Positions 1 to 12,546 of a stretch of DNA of 64,000 nt are shown here, piece after piece. The notes under the pieces were generated by a model that was given only the letters and a program-made list of their open reading frames with translations, ran no database searches and was not told the origin of the DNA. Position 1 is the first letter of the stretch. Each line of letters begins with the position of its first letter. Origin of the DNA: Lingula anatina (Eukaryota; Animalia; Brachiopoda); the NCBI GenBank assembly GCA_051362555.1, contig CM120641.1, forward strand, positions 17,050,001-17,114,000, given 5' to 3'. A program made the translations under genes and the position numbers.

Positions 1-950
1 AGATGTCTTGATGATTGTGTTTTTTCCTCTTGCTTTCTTTGCTTTTGCTTGGCTAATAGGAGAGCTTCATAGCAAGTTTTTACTGCGTCAAGAATTGATC
101 TTTTAAGATACGCAGCATTCATGCACATACATGCAGGCCTTTCACGGATTGTCGAAGTGAACGAACAAAAGCTTCCTAACATTTTTCAAAAACTAAAATA
201 AAACATCTTTTATATCCCTTGACAAAAGCAGGTAATTTGTCATTCACCGAGATAGCATAGAATACAATAAGCTGGGAAGCCTGTGGCTATATATCGAATA
301 GATTTACCCTCAGTTTAAAACCGGCTTAGATAAAAAATTTGTTCTACTCTTTTATTCCATATGGTCTGACAGGAAAATACGTTTAGAAATAGACATGCTG
401 TTTCACTTTTGCGAGTAAAATATTGGAAGTGTTATGAACTCAAATGTCCGTTAACGCCATGCATGTATCCCTTGCCATTATGCCATGGTTTGAACACCTA
501 GACTGGAACTTTTTTCGCTGTCAAAGAGGTGAGTTGGCCAACCAATAAAAATGCATGGCCCTCAATCCTATAATAGCATCACCGAGTTAATTCAACTAAA
601 AAAAAATCAGTTTTAAAAACATGTCTCGCAGCACCTGACTGCTTTCATAACAAAGCCAAGTTTTGTTTAACCCAAGGCTCCCTAGCGTCTAGGGAGCTTC
701 GCCAAATATAAGACAAGTGGTGGAATGCTATGGCTGAGAAAATCTGGACCATCGATGACCCAGGAGACAAAAACGCTCTTTCAAGGATTTAAAAACCGTA
801 ATTGAGACTTGGGGAGGGGGGCTTAAACAAATTCAATCCTCTCTGCTAATGTCAAGAGTCTTCTAACCGAAAGAAATGAGATCCTGGAAGATATACTTCA
901 ATCAATTACTTAATCAAACGTCTAATGTAGACATCTCAGCCCTTGCCTCA
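1..950 (+). repeat. Segmental duplicate of the PRP copy-1 3' flank (8807-9425 and 9970-10313)
   Basis: Long near-identical stretches, e.g. GTCTTGATGATTGTG..GCTTGGCTAATAGGAG..CAAGTTTTTACTGCGTCAAGAATTGATCTTTTAA at 5-106 and 8812-8914. A more diverged version lies at ~22980-23250. Confidence 0.9.
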
Positions 951-2100
951 GCATGTTACTCTACACAACTTCATCATCATCATCATCATCATCAGGCTGT
1001 TCATTACCGAAGATGACTGACTGAATTGAGCTACAGACTTTTCGCAGACAGGCCGTCATGTAGACTTTGAGACCACCTTAGGATTTGCTGACATCCGTTG
1101 CATTGCCTACTGCTTGAACTAGCCGTTGAATATCGACGACCATGTGCACGTTGTTGTCACCCCAGTGAAGTCGGTGGATGGGAGGCTACTCATGGACCTT
1201 GAAGATATCAAGACTAGATGGAAGGAGCACTTCAGTAACTTATTTAACCAAGTGGGATCTGCACAGGCAGATGCATGACAGCAGCTGAAGAAAAAACCAA
1301 AATTGAATGAGGTGTGTGGAGAATTCTGCATGGAGGAACTGCAGAATGCTCTCAAATGCTTAACAAGTGGTAAAGCGCCTGGACTCGATGGTATTCCTTC
1401 AGAAAATGGTGAAGTAAAGCATGAAGCTCTATTATAGTTATTCAACTGTCAACCGTGAGACCTTGTGGAAGGTTCTGGAAACTCATGGATGAATTGACGC
1501 CAACTGGATTTTGTTCTGTACAGGGTGTTCTGTTTTGAGTGTGGGAAAAGTCCCGGAGCAATGGAATGTACAAAACTTAGGCGATCTTTAAAAGAAGTTC
1601 GACATGGGGTAATAAGCCTAAGATGAAACAAACCCATGTAATGGGTCTGATGGTATTGCCGCCAAATTTTTTCAGAAAGACAGGAACAATATCTTGAGTC
1701 AACTATACAGTTTGTCCCAAGCCATCTAGTAGTAAGGCAAGCCCTGCAAGATTTAAAGACGCTTGTGGCATCCCTATTTGCAAAAGAGGAAATAAGCAGG
1801 ATTGTGGTAATCATCGGGGTATCCAAAGCCCAATAAAACCCTAAATGGTCAACCACTCGAGGTAGTAAACGCTTGACATATCGTGGAAGCACCATCTACG
1901 TTAACAACAGTCGTGACACAGTGTGAAAACGACTAAGCATCCGCCTTCGAAGAAAACGCAAGGTCTATCACGGCAACTCCACTGGAATGGCCACCAGATT
2001 CGTATGGATGATTCCAGACTCTTTGAATACATCTTTTATGGCAAACTACAACAAGGAAAAAGAAATGTTGGAAGAGCCAACGCTGCGGTGGTATGACTAG
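575..2100 (+). mobile_element. Degenerate RTE-like non-LTR retrotransposon (LINE) remnant
   Basis: The + frame at ~1140-1405 reads PVKSVDGRLLMDLEDIKTRWKEHFSNLFN..*..EELQNALKCLTSGKAPGLDGIPSE, a typical LINE pre-RT segment with an internal stop. ~1876-1917 reads TYRGSTI (cf. FTYLGS after the RT domain). Many frameshifts; ends approximate. Confidence 0.75.
971..993. repeat. (CAT)n microsatellite
   Basis: TCATCATCATCATCATCATCATC read directly. Confidence 0.9.
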
Positions 2101-2514
2101 ACTAACTTACAATTTTCTCTTTTTAATTTCTGGGTGGAAGAAGGCATGATCGTTTTATCTGGCAATATCGTATTGCTAGGGCCTCGCAGGACTACAGAAC
2201 AACGTTTGGAGAGAGCTACGACTGCGGCTTTAAGACTGTGTTAACTTACAACATTTTTGTCTTTTTTTAAAGGAAGAAGGCATGATCGTTTTATCTGGAA
2301 ATGTCGAATTAATAGGGCTGTCAGGGCTACTGAACAACGTTTGGAGTGAGAAACAACTGAACACAGTAACCGTCAAGCACACCGGTCTACCTCCCAACAA
2401 TGGCCGTGCCACTCAACACCCATAGTGCTACCAATACTGTGGTAGATCCTGTCCTAACCACATTCGGCTCGTGTCCTGCAAGAGGAGAGTCGCAGTCGTC
2501 ATACTCTTGAGTGA

Positions 2515-2562
2515 CAGCCAATCATGTACCCGTGGCATGACGCACACAGCGTCACGTGATAT
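2515..2562 (+). promoter_or_regulatory. PRP copy 1 proximal promoter: CCAAT box plus GTCACGTGA E-box (CLEAR/USF-like)
   Basis: AGCCAATCA at 2516-2524 and GTCACGTGAT at 2551-2560, ~90 bp before the ATG. Both motifs are retained in copy 2 (11659-11666 and 16341-16350). Confidence 0.5.
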
Positions 2563-2644
2563 CAAATTGATTTTTAACACGAAGAGGAAGACGTATAGGC
2601 ACACATCCCCTAAGCAAAGAACGCCGCCACAAGCACGTATAGAA

Positions 2645-5600
2645 ATGAATCTCAGCTTTGAAGACGCTCCCGCCCGGTAGGTAAACATTTTGGCTTCATT
2701 TTATTATGATAAAATTTGAAAGCACTTTCATTAAAATTTGCTCATCGTCTGAGTCATCGGCATACAATTATGATTTTTATTTAAAAACGGACGGTCAACG
2801 AGATGTTCGGACAGAGCGATCAGGAGAGGTGCTATTGCAGGTTGCAGTACGATAGTTACAGTTCTGTGCAAACTGCTGATATTTCATCACATCCAAAGGT
2901 CCTTCATTATTGGGTTTGTTTCTTTAAAGCGGACTTTATTGGCCAAATCTCAAACAAAAATATAATGTTGTTTGCTGACTCGTTGTAGATGAGATTAGAA
3001 TGTGTATAGTTATTTGGTATGAAATAATAACTTTACAAAGTGATTAAATACTGACCATTAATTGTCTTATTGCACACGTATTAAATTTTAATTATGACAG
3101 TAAAAAGGAACAAATGGCAATAAGATTTTATTAAAGCCATTAATATCCAGGGTCTTATTCTTTAATCTTTTTACTCGGTCCACTTTTTTTAGTAAGTTAA
3201 GTAATTGAATTAAATTACTTTAACCATTAATGTTTTAACTCGAACATCTTTTCGGAGGTCTCACATGGACGACGACCTTATTAAGTGGAGATGCAACAAA
3301 CCTAATTATGAAGTTGTCAATAAGCTTTACCTAAAGGAAAGATCAAAGACCCACAAACCCAACTCTGTGGAGAAGAAAATTGAGAATTTAATGAAGACCT
3401 TCGAGATGGAGTTAACAAATAAGAAGAATCCCAAAGTAAGAATGAAATATGACAGGCTATGTAATAATCCTATACTTGCTGAACAGCTCTAAGTAAACTT
3501 ATATATTGACATTGACATGGTCAGACAGACATTTGAGTTTTTTTCTTATGGGAACATTTTTGTCTCCCGTGACGTCGTTCGTTACAGTGAGAGCCCTGAA
3601 TGTTACAGTCAGTATCCTGAATGTTTACATCATGAGTTAAAAAGCAAAACAAACAAAATCAAAGATGAATGGACAAAGCAGTGGCCATTATTAGTCCAGT
3701 TTGGTTCTATTGTTTCAATTAAAGTTTTGATTTTATGTCGGATCATAAAACAAAAATATGAAGAACTAAAGGCGTAGAATATTGTTAATGAATATAAAGA
3801 TGGAAATATTGGTATAGGCTTGGTATTGATTCATGTTGCACTAAAATTTGATGATTTAATATTTACATGTATTTATATATTTTAAGCTGTGTGTCAAGGT
3901 AGCATTTATTCTGATTTAATTATCACACCCGGTTTACTTTCAACAGGAATGGAAAAGTGTCGCATACGACGTTTTTAAAATGCAGATAAATGGTGGGAAA
4001 TACTTCAGCGCAGACGAGCTTGCAGACGTCGGTAGCTACAACGTGCTTTTGGCCGATGCACCGCTGTACAAGACAACAGATGAAAAGCAGGAGATCCTTC
4101 ATGGGCAATATAAAGAAGCCTTTCCTGGTGGTTTTGCCTGGGAGGTGCTAGAGGTTATCTCAGGTAGGACATTGTTTTGTGTGTTGCCGGTACCAGATCC
4201 AGGGATGGGGTGGGAAGATTGTATGCCCTAGGTCTGCATTCATTTACTGTTGTATGGACAAATGGTAGTTGGTACACGTAGACAGTTTTGTTTTATACAC
4301 TTCTGCATGTCGGTGCTTATGTGTTCCCTTGATTATTGATTTATTTATCATTATTATCACCATATTATCATTTTGGCAAATTGGGTACCCTGAATCATAA
4401 AAAATGCCAACGCATGCCTACATAGCACTGTCAGACTAGATCAAATATGTATTCCAACAAATAGCAATGATCATGCTATGTAAAATAACAGTGCAACCGC
4501 GTGAAGTGAGACAGCGGAAAAAAGTCATTCTGCGAAACAGGTCAGACAACGCTCGAGTCATTCATAGTTTGTCTTTCATGAAACCCGTATAGAATGCAGA
4601 AACAGCTTTTAAAGTATAAGGAACAACGGTGGGTTTGTAGAAATGTTCAAGCACAACTGTGTAAAATAACAATGAACAATGAAGTGGGACAACCAAAACA
4701 AGTCAGACAGCCAAACAAATCTGACAGCGAAACAAGTCTAACAACGAAACAGTCATTATTTGACTTTTCAAATACCAGTGTGGAATGCAGAACCAGCTTA
4801 TTTAACATTATTATCATAGTATAATTTGGCACATTGGAGGCCCTTAGGGTCCTGAATCGACAAAAATACACACTTTTTTCTCCTCAAATCCCCCAAGGAT
4901 GCCAACGCACGCAATTAATTGGCCTAGACAACACAAACAGGTCAGAAAACGAAACAAGTCAGTAATTGTTTGTATTTCTAAATATTGGTATGGAATGCAG
5001 AATCAGCTTTTTAAGATTTAGAAACAGCGTTGAGAAATTAGCAATGTTTAACAATTTATGTAAAATGCCAGTGCGCCGGCGTGAAGATAGACGGCGAAAC
5101 AAGTCAGACAACAAAACAAGTCAGACATCGAAACAAGTAAGTGAACTCAACAAATGAGACAACGAAACAAGGTAAACAGTGAAATAGGTCACACAAGAAT
5201 CAGCCACTGTTTGTCGTTCCAAGTACCAGTACAGAATGCAGAATCAGCTTTTTAAGTTCAGAGGAAGTTGTTCGCGCTATACCACTATGCTATATATATC
5301 AACGTTTGTGTGTGCAGGTGAGGAGTTCTTCAACTAAACACCCCTTACTCTCTCTGTGGCCCCCTCTTTTGATGCAATTGTAGCTTAGAAAGTAAATAAT
5401 CATTTCGTTGATCAAGTACAGATAAACATCAAGAATCTTAGACTTAAGGTAGTAATTAACAGTAAATTGTCAAAATTTGGGTGTTTTTCTGAATTTGTCA
5501 GTATTAGATAGATGAAATATCAACTACATATCAGCCTATCTTAAAATAATGGAAGTTTACAAATAAACCCGTAATTTTAGCCTAATTGCTGATTTACCCC

Positions 5601-8298
5601 TGTGGTAGCGTGTCTGAGTTTTAAAGTAGGTCACACTTGTCCATATATGTGTTTGATTGGCAGCTCCACTGTGCAGCTGTACATTTCCCGTACTAGATTG
5701 CTGCTAAGCCTTTCACATTCTGTGAGTAACGTCGCGCTTTCATTTGCCAAACAATACTTTTCATTTTGAATTTATCAGTGAACTTAATTCTGACGATCTA
5801 TTAAAGCTTTAAAAAGCAGACATATAGATGAGACGTATATGGGCAAAGGCACTCCCCCTAGGTGTCACGTGGTGAAGAAGGCTGACGTCACGACTAACAT
5901 GGTGGCTGCTGTCAATGCATGGAGGGGGCCTCCGGATGAAAATGTTCAATAATAATGTTGAAAATGGATGAAAGACATAGTGACAGTTACATAGGCAGTG
6001 AGTAGAGGGCTGAACCAGTATAAATAACTAAATTTCTCAGCTTGCCAATGCAGCTCACTGATTATATAACGTTGGAATCTCCGGGGAGCACTAAAAGGCT
6101 GATTTCTCCGCTTCAGTTTATGGCTTCAAGAGAACGATTTAGACCAGTGTCAAAATTAATTAGAACTCTCAACAGATGAAAGCTGGTATTCATTCATTAG
6201 ATCTAAGGTTTGTCTGAAAGTATGTGTCTGGGATTTCATAACATCAGCTCCGTTTTCAACTTAGGCATGCTTTAGTTAGGCTAGGGGGTCTCGTTGAACT
6301 GGAAACCAAGTTTATTTTGATATCTCTGCTAATTTAACACATATCGCTAATTTGAGGCGCATTCTTGTTGATCCCTATGAGGGCTCACCAGTCAAGCTGT
6401 CTACACATGTCCATTTGTAGTGGACTTCTAGTTTTTAAGGTGTAAAGATCATGTTGAGCACACCTATTAAGCATTATATCTCATTACGTAACGATTGCAT
6501 AATAAAATAAGGATATGAAATGAAGAGCTGTTGAAATAAGCTTTCTATTGATATGTAACATGTTGGTATATCTTGGCCGGTTTAGAAGATAGCTACCCCT
6601 GTTATCTACATCCTTAAGAAACATTTCTATTCTCACTGCTGTCTTTCCACCTACCAGCAGTCCTTTTTTATCCCTATCTTATACTGTAATTTCAAATGTG
6701 AAATTTCTTTTACCCTTGAAAATACCCAAGCCTCACATGATAGCTTAAGACAGTTAACATCTAATTCTGTATAAAGTTTTTCTTCTGCTTGTACATACAT
6801 TATTATTATTATTATTATGGCTTTGTACAATACAATATACATGCAGTATATTACCAACCGAATGCATTACTAAAATGCAAATTAAAGTGGATCTAACTGT
6901 GACTGAAGGTTGAAAAGTTAGGACAGTGCAAAGAACAATGGTCATAATAGTACAATCAATAATGCCTTACATGATATGACATAAGGTAAACGTAAAATTT
7001 TCGTTATTTTTATTTTTAAACAACAGAATAATTAACAGACAATTTTCTTTAGAATCATTTGCACAAAGACTGACTAAATAAAAATCAGAACAGACAGATG
7101 CATTAGTTCAGTTGCTTATACAGTAGAAATATTCAAAATAACGGTAAAATACAACTTCTCGCCATATCTGTATGTTTATCATAAACACAGATTATGGAAT
7201 GTGCACTAATAATTTTGTAGATAGTAATCACAATTTACAAAAATTTCTTCGTGTTGTGCAACTACTTCACCTCTTCTTTTAAATGATCTTGTTATAAAGT
7301 TGGAACGGGAACTAAATTTTTGATGATGCTGTTGAACAGTTTGTATAAGTTGCTTTTTGGAGACTTAGTATCAAGTTTTAGGATTAAGATTTTGCTGACA
7401 AGAAATTATACGTTGAACAGAGATTTAGAAAGTGGCATTTGTAGTTTTGATAACAATTTGTACGGATATTTATAGGCAAATGTTCGCACATACACGCACG
7501 TCAGCATTTTTGCCAGACGCAGGAATAAAAAATTCTTTTTTTATTCCCAAATATTCCTTCTGTGTCCACGATACATCATACAACATTTGAAAAAGGTCGA
7601 CTATTTTAGGTAAATAGATATAATAGAATCATGTGTTCCATGGATTAACAATAGGCGAGCCTTTATTTTTTATTTTTACTTATCAGCGTTTTGCACATAT
7701 TAGGAAAATAGCTAGATAAAAATCGAAACGGACATGTGCACTAGATCAGTTACTTATAGAAATATTCAAACTAACGGTAAACGGAGCTTTTTATCAATTT
7801 TGCAAGTTTATTATAATCTTAGATTGTGCAAAATTCACTGACTATCTTGGTAAAAGGCAATCAAAATGTACAAAAGTTTTTTTTAAAGAAAAAGGGACTG
7901 GGAGTTACCAAGTTGAGCAACTAGCTCTTCTAACGCTTTGTTATTCGGAATGTCACACGACCAAAATACGTTATTTAACTCTAAAAGAATTTTTTTTGCG
8001 TGAAAGACAGAGCTTACAAAGTTTGTTATAGAAAAATATTGCCGTTTCAGGTCCGCCTGTGGTAACGTTTACTTGGCGGCACTGGGCCAGATGGACCGGA
8101 CCTTTCAAGGGGGTGTCGCCCTCTGGCGAGAGGGTTGAAATGAAAGGCTGCGCCATCGCTACTGTGAATGAAAACCTGCAGGTTGAAGAGCTGAAAGTCT
8201 ACTACGATCCTAACCCCATTCTGGCCACTTTACTGAAACTGAACACAGGGACAGATGAGGGAGCCACCAGATGCCCCTTCCACAAGAGTATGAAGTGA
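2645..8298 (+). CDS. Pathogen-related protein-like (PRP; SnoaL/NTF2-like fold), copy 1, 4 coding exons, 224 aa
   Basis: Exons 2645-2676, 3258-3435, 3947-4163 and 8051-8298 total 675 nt with GT-AG introns in phases 2,0,1. Translation: MNLSFEDAPARSHMDDDLIKWRCNKPNY...IENLMKTFEMELTNK...EAFPGGFAWEVLEVISGPPVVTFTWRHW...YYDP...RCPFHKSMK. The motifs NLxKTxEME, FPxGFAWEVLEVxSGPPxVxFxWRHW and C-terminal CPF are characteristic of the plant/fungal/invertebrate PRP family (recalled). Confidence 0.9.
4490..5260 (+). repeat. Intronic complex minisatellite (~17-bp CGAAACAAGTCAGACAA units within longer repeats), PRP copy 1
   Basis: Recurrent GAAACAAGTCAGACA variants alternate with a recurring GAATGCAGAA(C/T)CAGCTT block. 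Confidence 0.75.
5448..6613. mobile_element. Non-autonomous TTAA-targeting DNA transposon (Kolobok-like) in PRP copy 1 intron 3
   Basis: TTAA at 5444-5447 and 6614-6617, GG..CC termini, and an imperfect TIR (GGTAGTAATTAACAG versus GGATGTAGATAACAG). It lies inside a ~1.65-kb segment (about 5320-6985) absent from copy 2. Confidence 0.55.
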
Positions 8299-9434
8299 AA
8301 GTGTGCTACGTGTACTTGAAGCAGGAAGAATCACGCGATAAGAATTTTGCTTTGTTTGACTATATGACTGCATAAACTTGCCCTCTTAATCCATATAAAA
8401 GTAAAGCACTGTTGAGACCGAACGATAAGTTTGAATATTGATGTAAACTTTTGATGCTTATGTCTTCGTTCCTGTTTGGTTCGAAATGTTATTCATTGTT
8501 TCTAAATTGAAACAATATTGTGAAGTAGGTGTTGTTAGCTCCTTCTAAGGCAATAAGTCAGAGTGTGGTTTATTTTATTCTGTTATTTTCATCATTTATA
8601 CAGAAAAGCAAAAACTCTGTTAAAGCTTATGAATATTTAGAATATAATACTTACCTCAGCTGTGTATCTTAAACAATTCTAAATGCACCCAAAGTAATTT
8701 GAATAAACAATCAGTTATGATTCAGAACCAGAAGAAATGGACTCGATTTTAAAAAGTTAGAGAATACATATATCTAGGGCCTTGGCTGCGTCACAAGTAA
8801 AATAAATAGAGGTCTTGATGATTGTGTTTTTTTTCACTAGCTTTACTTGCTTTTGCTTGGCTAATAGGAGGGCTGCATAGCAAGTTTTTACTGCGTCAAG
8901 AATTGATCTTTTAAAATACGCAGCATTCATGCACGTATATGTTGCCGAAGTAAACGCACGAAAGCTTCTTAACATTTTTCAAAATCCGTTTTAAGGATGA
9001 CTGAATTAAAACATGTATTTTATATCCCTTGACAAAACCAGGTGATTTGTCATTCACCGAGATAGCATCTTTACACTCTGTGAGCGGTATGAATACTATA
9101 GGTCGGGAAGCCTGTGACTGTATCGAATAGATTTACCCTCAGTTTAAACCTGCTTAGGTAACGATTTTGTTCATCTTTTTAGTCCATATTTAGTCTGACC
9201 GGAAAATACGTTTAGAAATAAACAAACATGCTGCTCCATTTTTGCGAGTGTAAAATATTGGGAGTGTTATAAACCCGAACGTCCTAAAGTGATTAGTTTT
9301 GCTTCCGTTAACGTCATGACCCTTGCCATTAAGCCATGGTTTGAACACTTAGACTGGAACTTTTTTCCCTATCAAAGAGGTGAGTTGGTAAGCCAATAGG
9401 AAATGCATGGTCCTCAATCCTAGGGAACATCAAG

Positions 9435-10313
9435 AAAATGCGAGGTAAAAAGGTTTACTATGTTAACCTAGCTGGCAGCCCACAACATGGCCGCGGCAAC
9501 CTCGGTTCTAATGGGGAAATGCTCCTATAACTTTTTAAAGAATTTAACCTGAGCAGCACAAATAGGCCTACTTTCTTTGACGAACACTTCTACTCTTGAA
9601 AACACCCTAGGTCTGGGCGCTGGCACCTATTGGACTATATCTTGGTTAGCCAAAAAGCAATAAAGGATGTTTGCCACACCGAGTTATGACAGCAGCAAAC
9701 TGCTACTCACCCGATCGTATGATTAGATGCCGAATAAAGCTCTCTACTCAGAAACCAAATGTCTTCAATTCCTTCCATCAAAAAGGTAGCCACTGAATCA
9801 GTATTCACAAACTATGCCAACTCTTTCCAACTGCAAAGAACAACCTGACAACAATACAGAAAGTAAATGGCATATTTTTAAAAAATGCCTATATAACGAG
9901 GCCAAAGTTCATCTTGGTCACCTTAAGTGTAAAAATGCAGACTGTTTTAATGACTGCGACGATAGCATCAAAGAATTAATTCAACTCATAAAATAAGTTT
10001 AAAAGTTTGTCTTGCCACGCCTGACTGCTTCCAGAACAAAGCCAATTTTTTCAAGCCAAATTGCGCATGCAGAGGGAGCTCCTCCAAACAGAGACAAGTG
10101 GTGAAATGACAAGGGAGAGAAAATCCAGACCCTAGCTGACTCAGGATACAAAACGTCCCTACAAGGCGTTTAAAACATTTTTTTTTTGGCTAGGGGGCTT
10201 AAAAAATTTAATCCTCTCTGCAAATGACAAGCTTCTTCTGACTGAAAGAAATGAGAACCTGTAAGACATACTTCAATCAATGACTGAATCGAACGCCGAA
10301 TGCAGAAAGCTCA
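9435..10313 (+). mobile_element. Degenerate RTE-like LINE remnant (endonuclease C-terminus and linker)
   Basis: Fragments HG.GN..SNGEMLL, NTF-like, HLLDYILV and DVCHTRVM match the LINE AP-endonuclease C-terminal half. 9970-10313 aligns by eye with 585-950. Confidence 0.65.
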
Positions 10314-11477
10314 GGCCCCCATTTCAAAAAGAATCTTTAATCCGTAGGCCTTATTGACTAGCACGAGCTGAGTGACCTTGTTAGGTCGACAACGCAGCAG
10401 TCGACTAGGAGTGCATTTCCAGAGATTTAGATCGATCCATCCGGATCGACCTAACTCCCAGGAGTTGAAGCTAAATTGCAGTCAGCCAATGCGCACGACA
10501 GTTAAATTACTCCCTTACAGCTTTTAGTAGGCGGGACAGACGCTTAAGCCGGCTAAGCTGACAGTAATATAGTGAGACTCCCCACAAGGATAGATCGATC
10601 TAAAATTTGTAGGAATGGGGTCTGGGAGTGTTTCACAAACACTCTCAAGTCCTAGCTTGGTTTGCTTACGGTAGTCGACGCGCACGAGAAATTCTCCAAG
10701 AAATAAAAAAGGTGTAAAAGTCTCTAAAGTCTCGCAAGACATGACCTTTCACTGCCTCTTTCGGCCGTGAACGAGGTTTTATCAACTATAACTATTGTTT
10801 TTTTAACTTTATTGATAAATTTGATAAAACATACAAAATATATATTAAAAGGCAGGTAACGGCAAAACATTAGCTTATCCTGGAACGCTGCCATCGGACG
10901 TCTAGCGGTCAAAAGTGTAAACAAACCCGCAATCGACTAGTTGATGTTACATTTATTTTTTTTATTTAAAAAATCAATAAATTTCAGTAACATTCCAAGA
11001 TTTTATAACGCAACATATTGAAGAAGGTATGTACTTTCGAAAATGTGCTAATAATGCTCTCATTTATCGAGTTTTAGTTGAGCTTGCCGACTTAAGACAC
11101 CGAGGTGGCTAAGCTTCGTCGACTAACAGCCAAGAAAAAGATTCTTTGTGAAACAGGACTTAAGGTGTATTCCCAGAGATTTAGATCGATCCAGAGATTA
11201 AAATTTAGATCGACCTAACTCACTGGGGGTTCACGCTAAATTGCAGTCAGCCGAGCGCGCACCATAGTTGATTACCCCCTTACAGCTTTCAGTAGGCGGG
11301 ACAGACGCTTAAGCCGGCTAAGCTGACAGTAATCTAGTGAGACTCCCCACAGGGATAGATAGATCTAAAAGCTATGGAAATGGGGTCTTAGTGACGTGGG
11401 GACTTAATTTCGATGGTAACCAAGCTCTTAGTCAGGGAACTTGACGATTTTTTTTTTTTTTGTGAAAGGGGGGCCAG
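10314..11477. mobile_element. Cluster of nested PIF/Harbinger-like MITEs
   Basis: TIR pair TTTCAAAAAGAATCTTT (~10322) / AAAGATTCTTTGTGAAA (~11137). A ~220-bp unit with its own inverted ends (CCAGAGATTTAGATCGATC..GATCGATCTAAAA) occurs twice, at ~10410-10625 and ~11165-11390. Confidence 0.6.
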
Positions 11478-12546
11478 TTGAAATTGTTAAAATTGTTTAA
11501 ATCTTTCAGCGTGTTACACAAAACAGACGATCCTTGAAAGAAGTACGGAATGCTCACTCAACACCCATTCCGCTGCCAATACTTTGGTAGATCCTGTCCA
11601 ACCCACATCCGGCTCGTGTCCTACTAGAAGAGTTGCAGTCGTCATATTCTTGAGTGACAGCCAATGATGTACTTTCGACACGGCGCATACGGTAATGTGC
11701 CAAGCATTTCGACGGGCCCAGTCAATCCGACCACAAAAATTATTTTATAAAATTAATTTTTCTGGACTCAAACGATTAATCCATACGTCAAAATTATGGG
11801 ACAGAATTTTTTTCTTGTTCCGATTGTTCGACCACATCGTCGACAAGACTCGGTAAATTTTCAAGCCAGTGAAATAGATGCTGCATGCCTCGGCCCTTTG
11901 TCAATTGTTGTCCTTTCAATAGCTCTCGTCAATGAGGAAGAAACAATTAATTGAAGATCTAATCTGGAAGCATGACGTACCTGTCTTTTCCTTTGTCCCC
12001 GATGACAATAATAGTGCTTATAGACATACAAATTTTGCTATTAAGCAGACTTGCCCTCGCTGACTGATTCATCACGCCCGTAACTGGGGCGGGGGGGGGG
12101 GGGGGGGGTAAAAAAAAGGTCTATTCTGGATGAAACCAAATATCGACAGTGGGTAAAATACGTCGTAAACACCTTCATATAGACCATATATCGCGTTTGC
12201 TAGCAATAAAAAGTTTGGGAAGAATAAGCAATTTATTTTCAAGTTCGATTGAAATATATAGGCAGATGGGGAAACGTTCTTGAAGTCAACACAGCAAGAT
12301 CTTACATTTACTACAATCGACCGAAAGATCAGCGGGATCGACCGCCCAGACTTCTTGGCGCCAAATACCACGCGCTGTCAAAATCTGACGAACACGTCGC
12401 TGTTCACCTACATGGATAACTGATTTGTCAACAATAAAAATGACGTCTTCCTTAACTCCATGGGAGCTTCATAGAGAGTTCCACTGGGTATTTACGTTAC
12501 CTGTGAGTCACTTTCTATTTCCCTAGATGCATGAAATGTTGATAAT

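Noticed and set aside
1119-1895. Minus-strand ORFs of 108 and 148 aa
   Set aside because: Antisense shadows of the + strand LINE remnant.
12086-12108. Poly-G/C runs (also ~32483, 42560, 52379, 60570) as G-quadruplex signals
   Set aside because: Simple homopolymers, some inside TEs, with no positional pattern.
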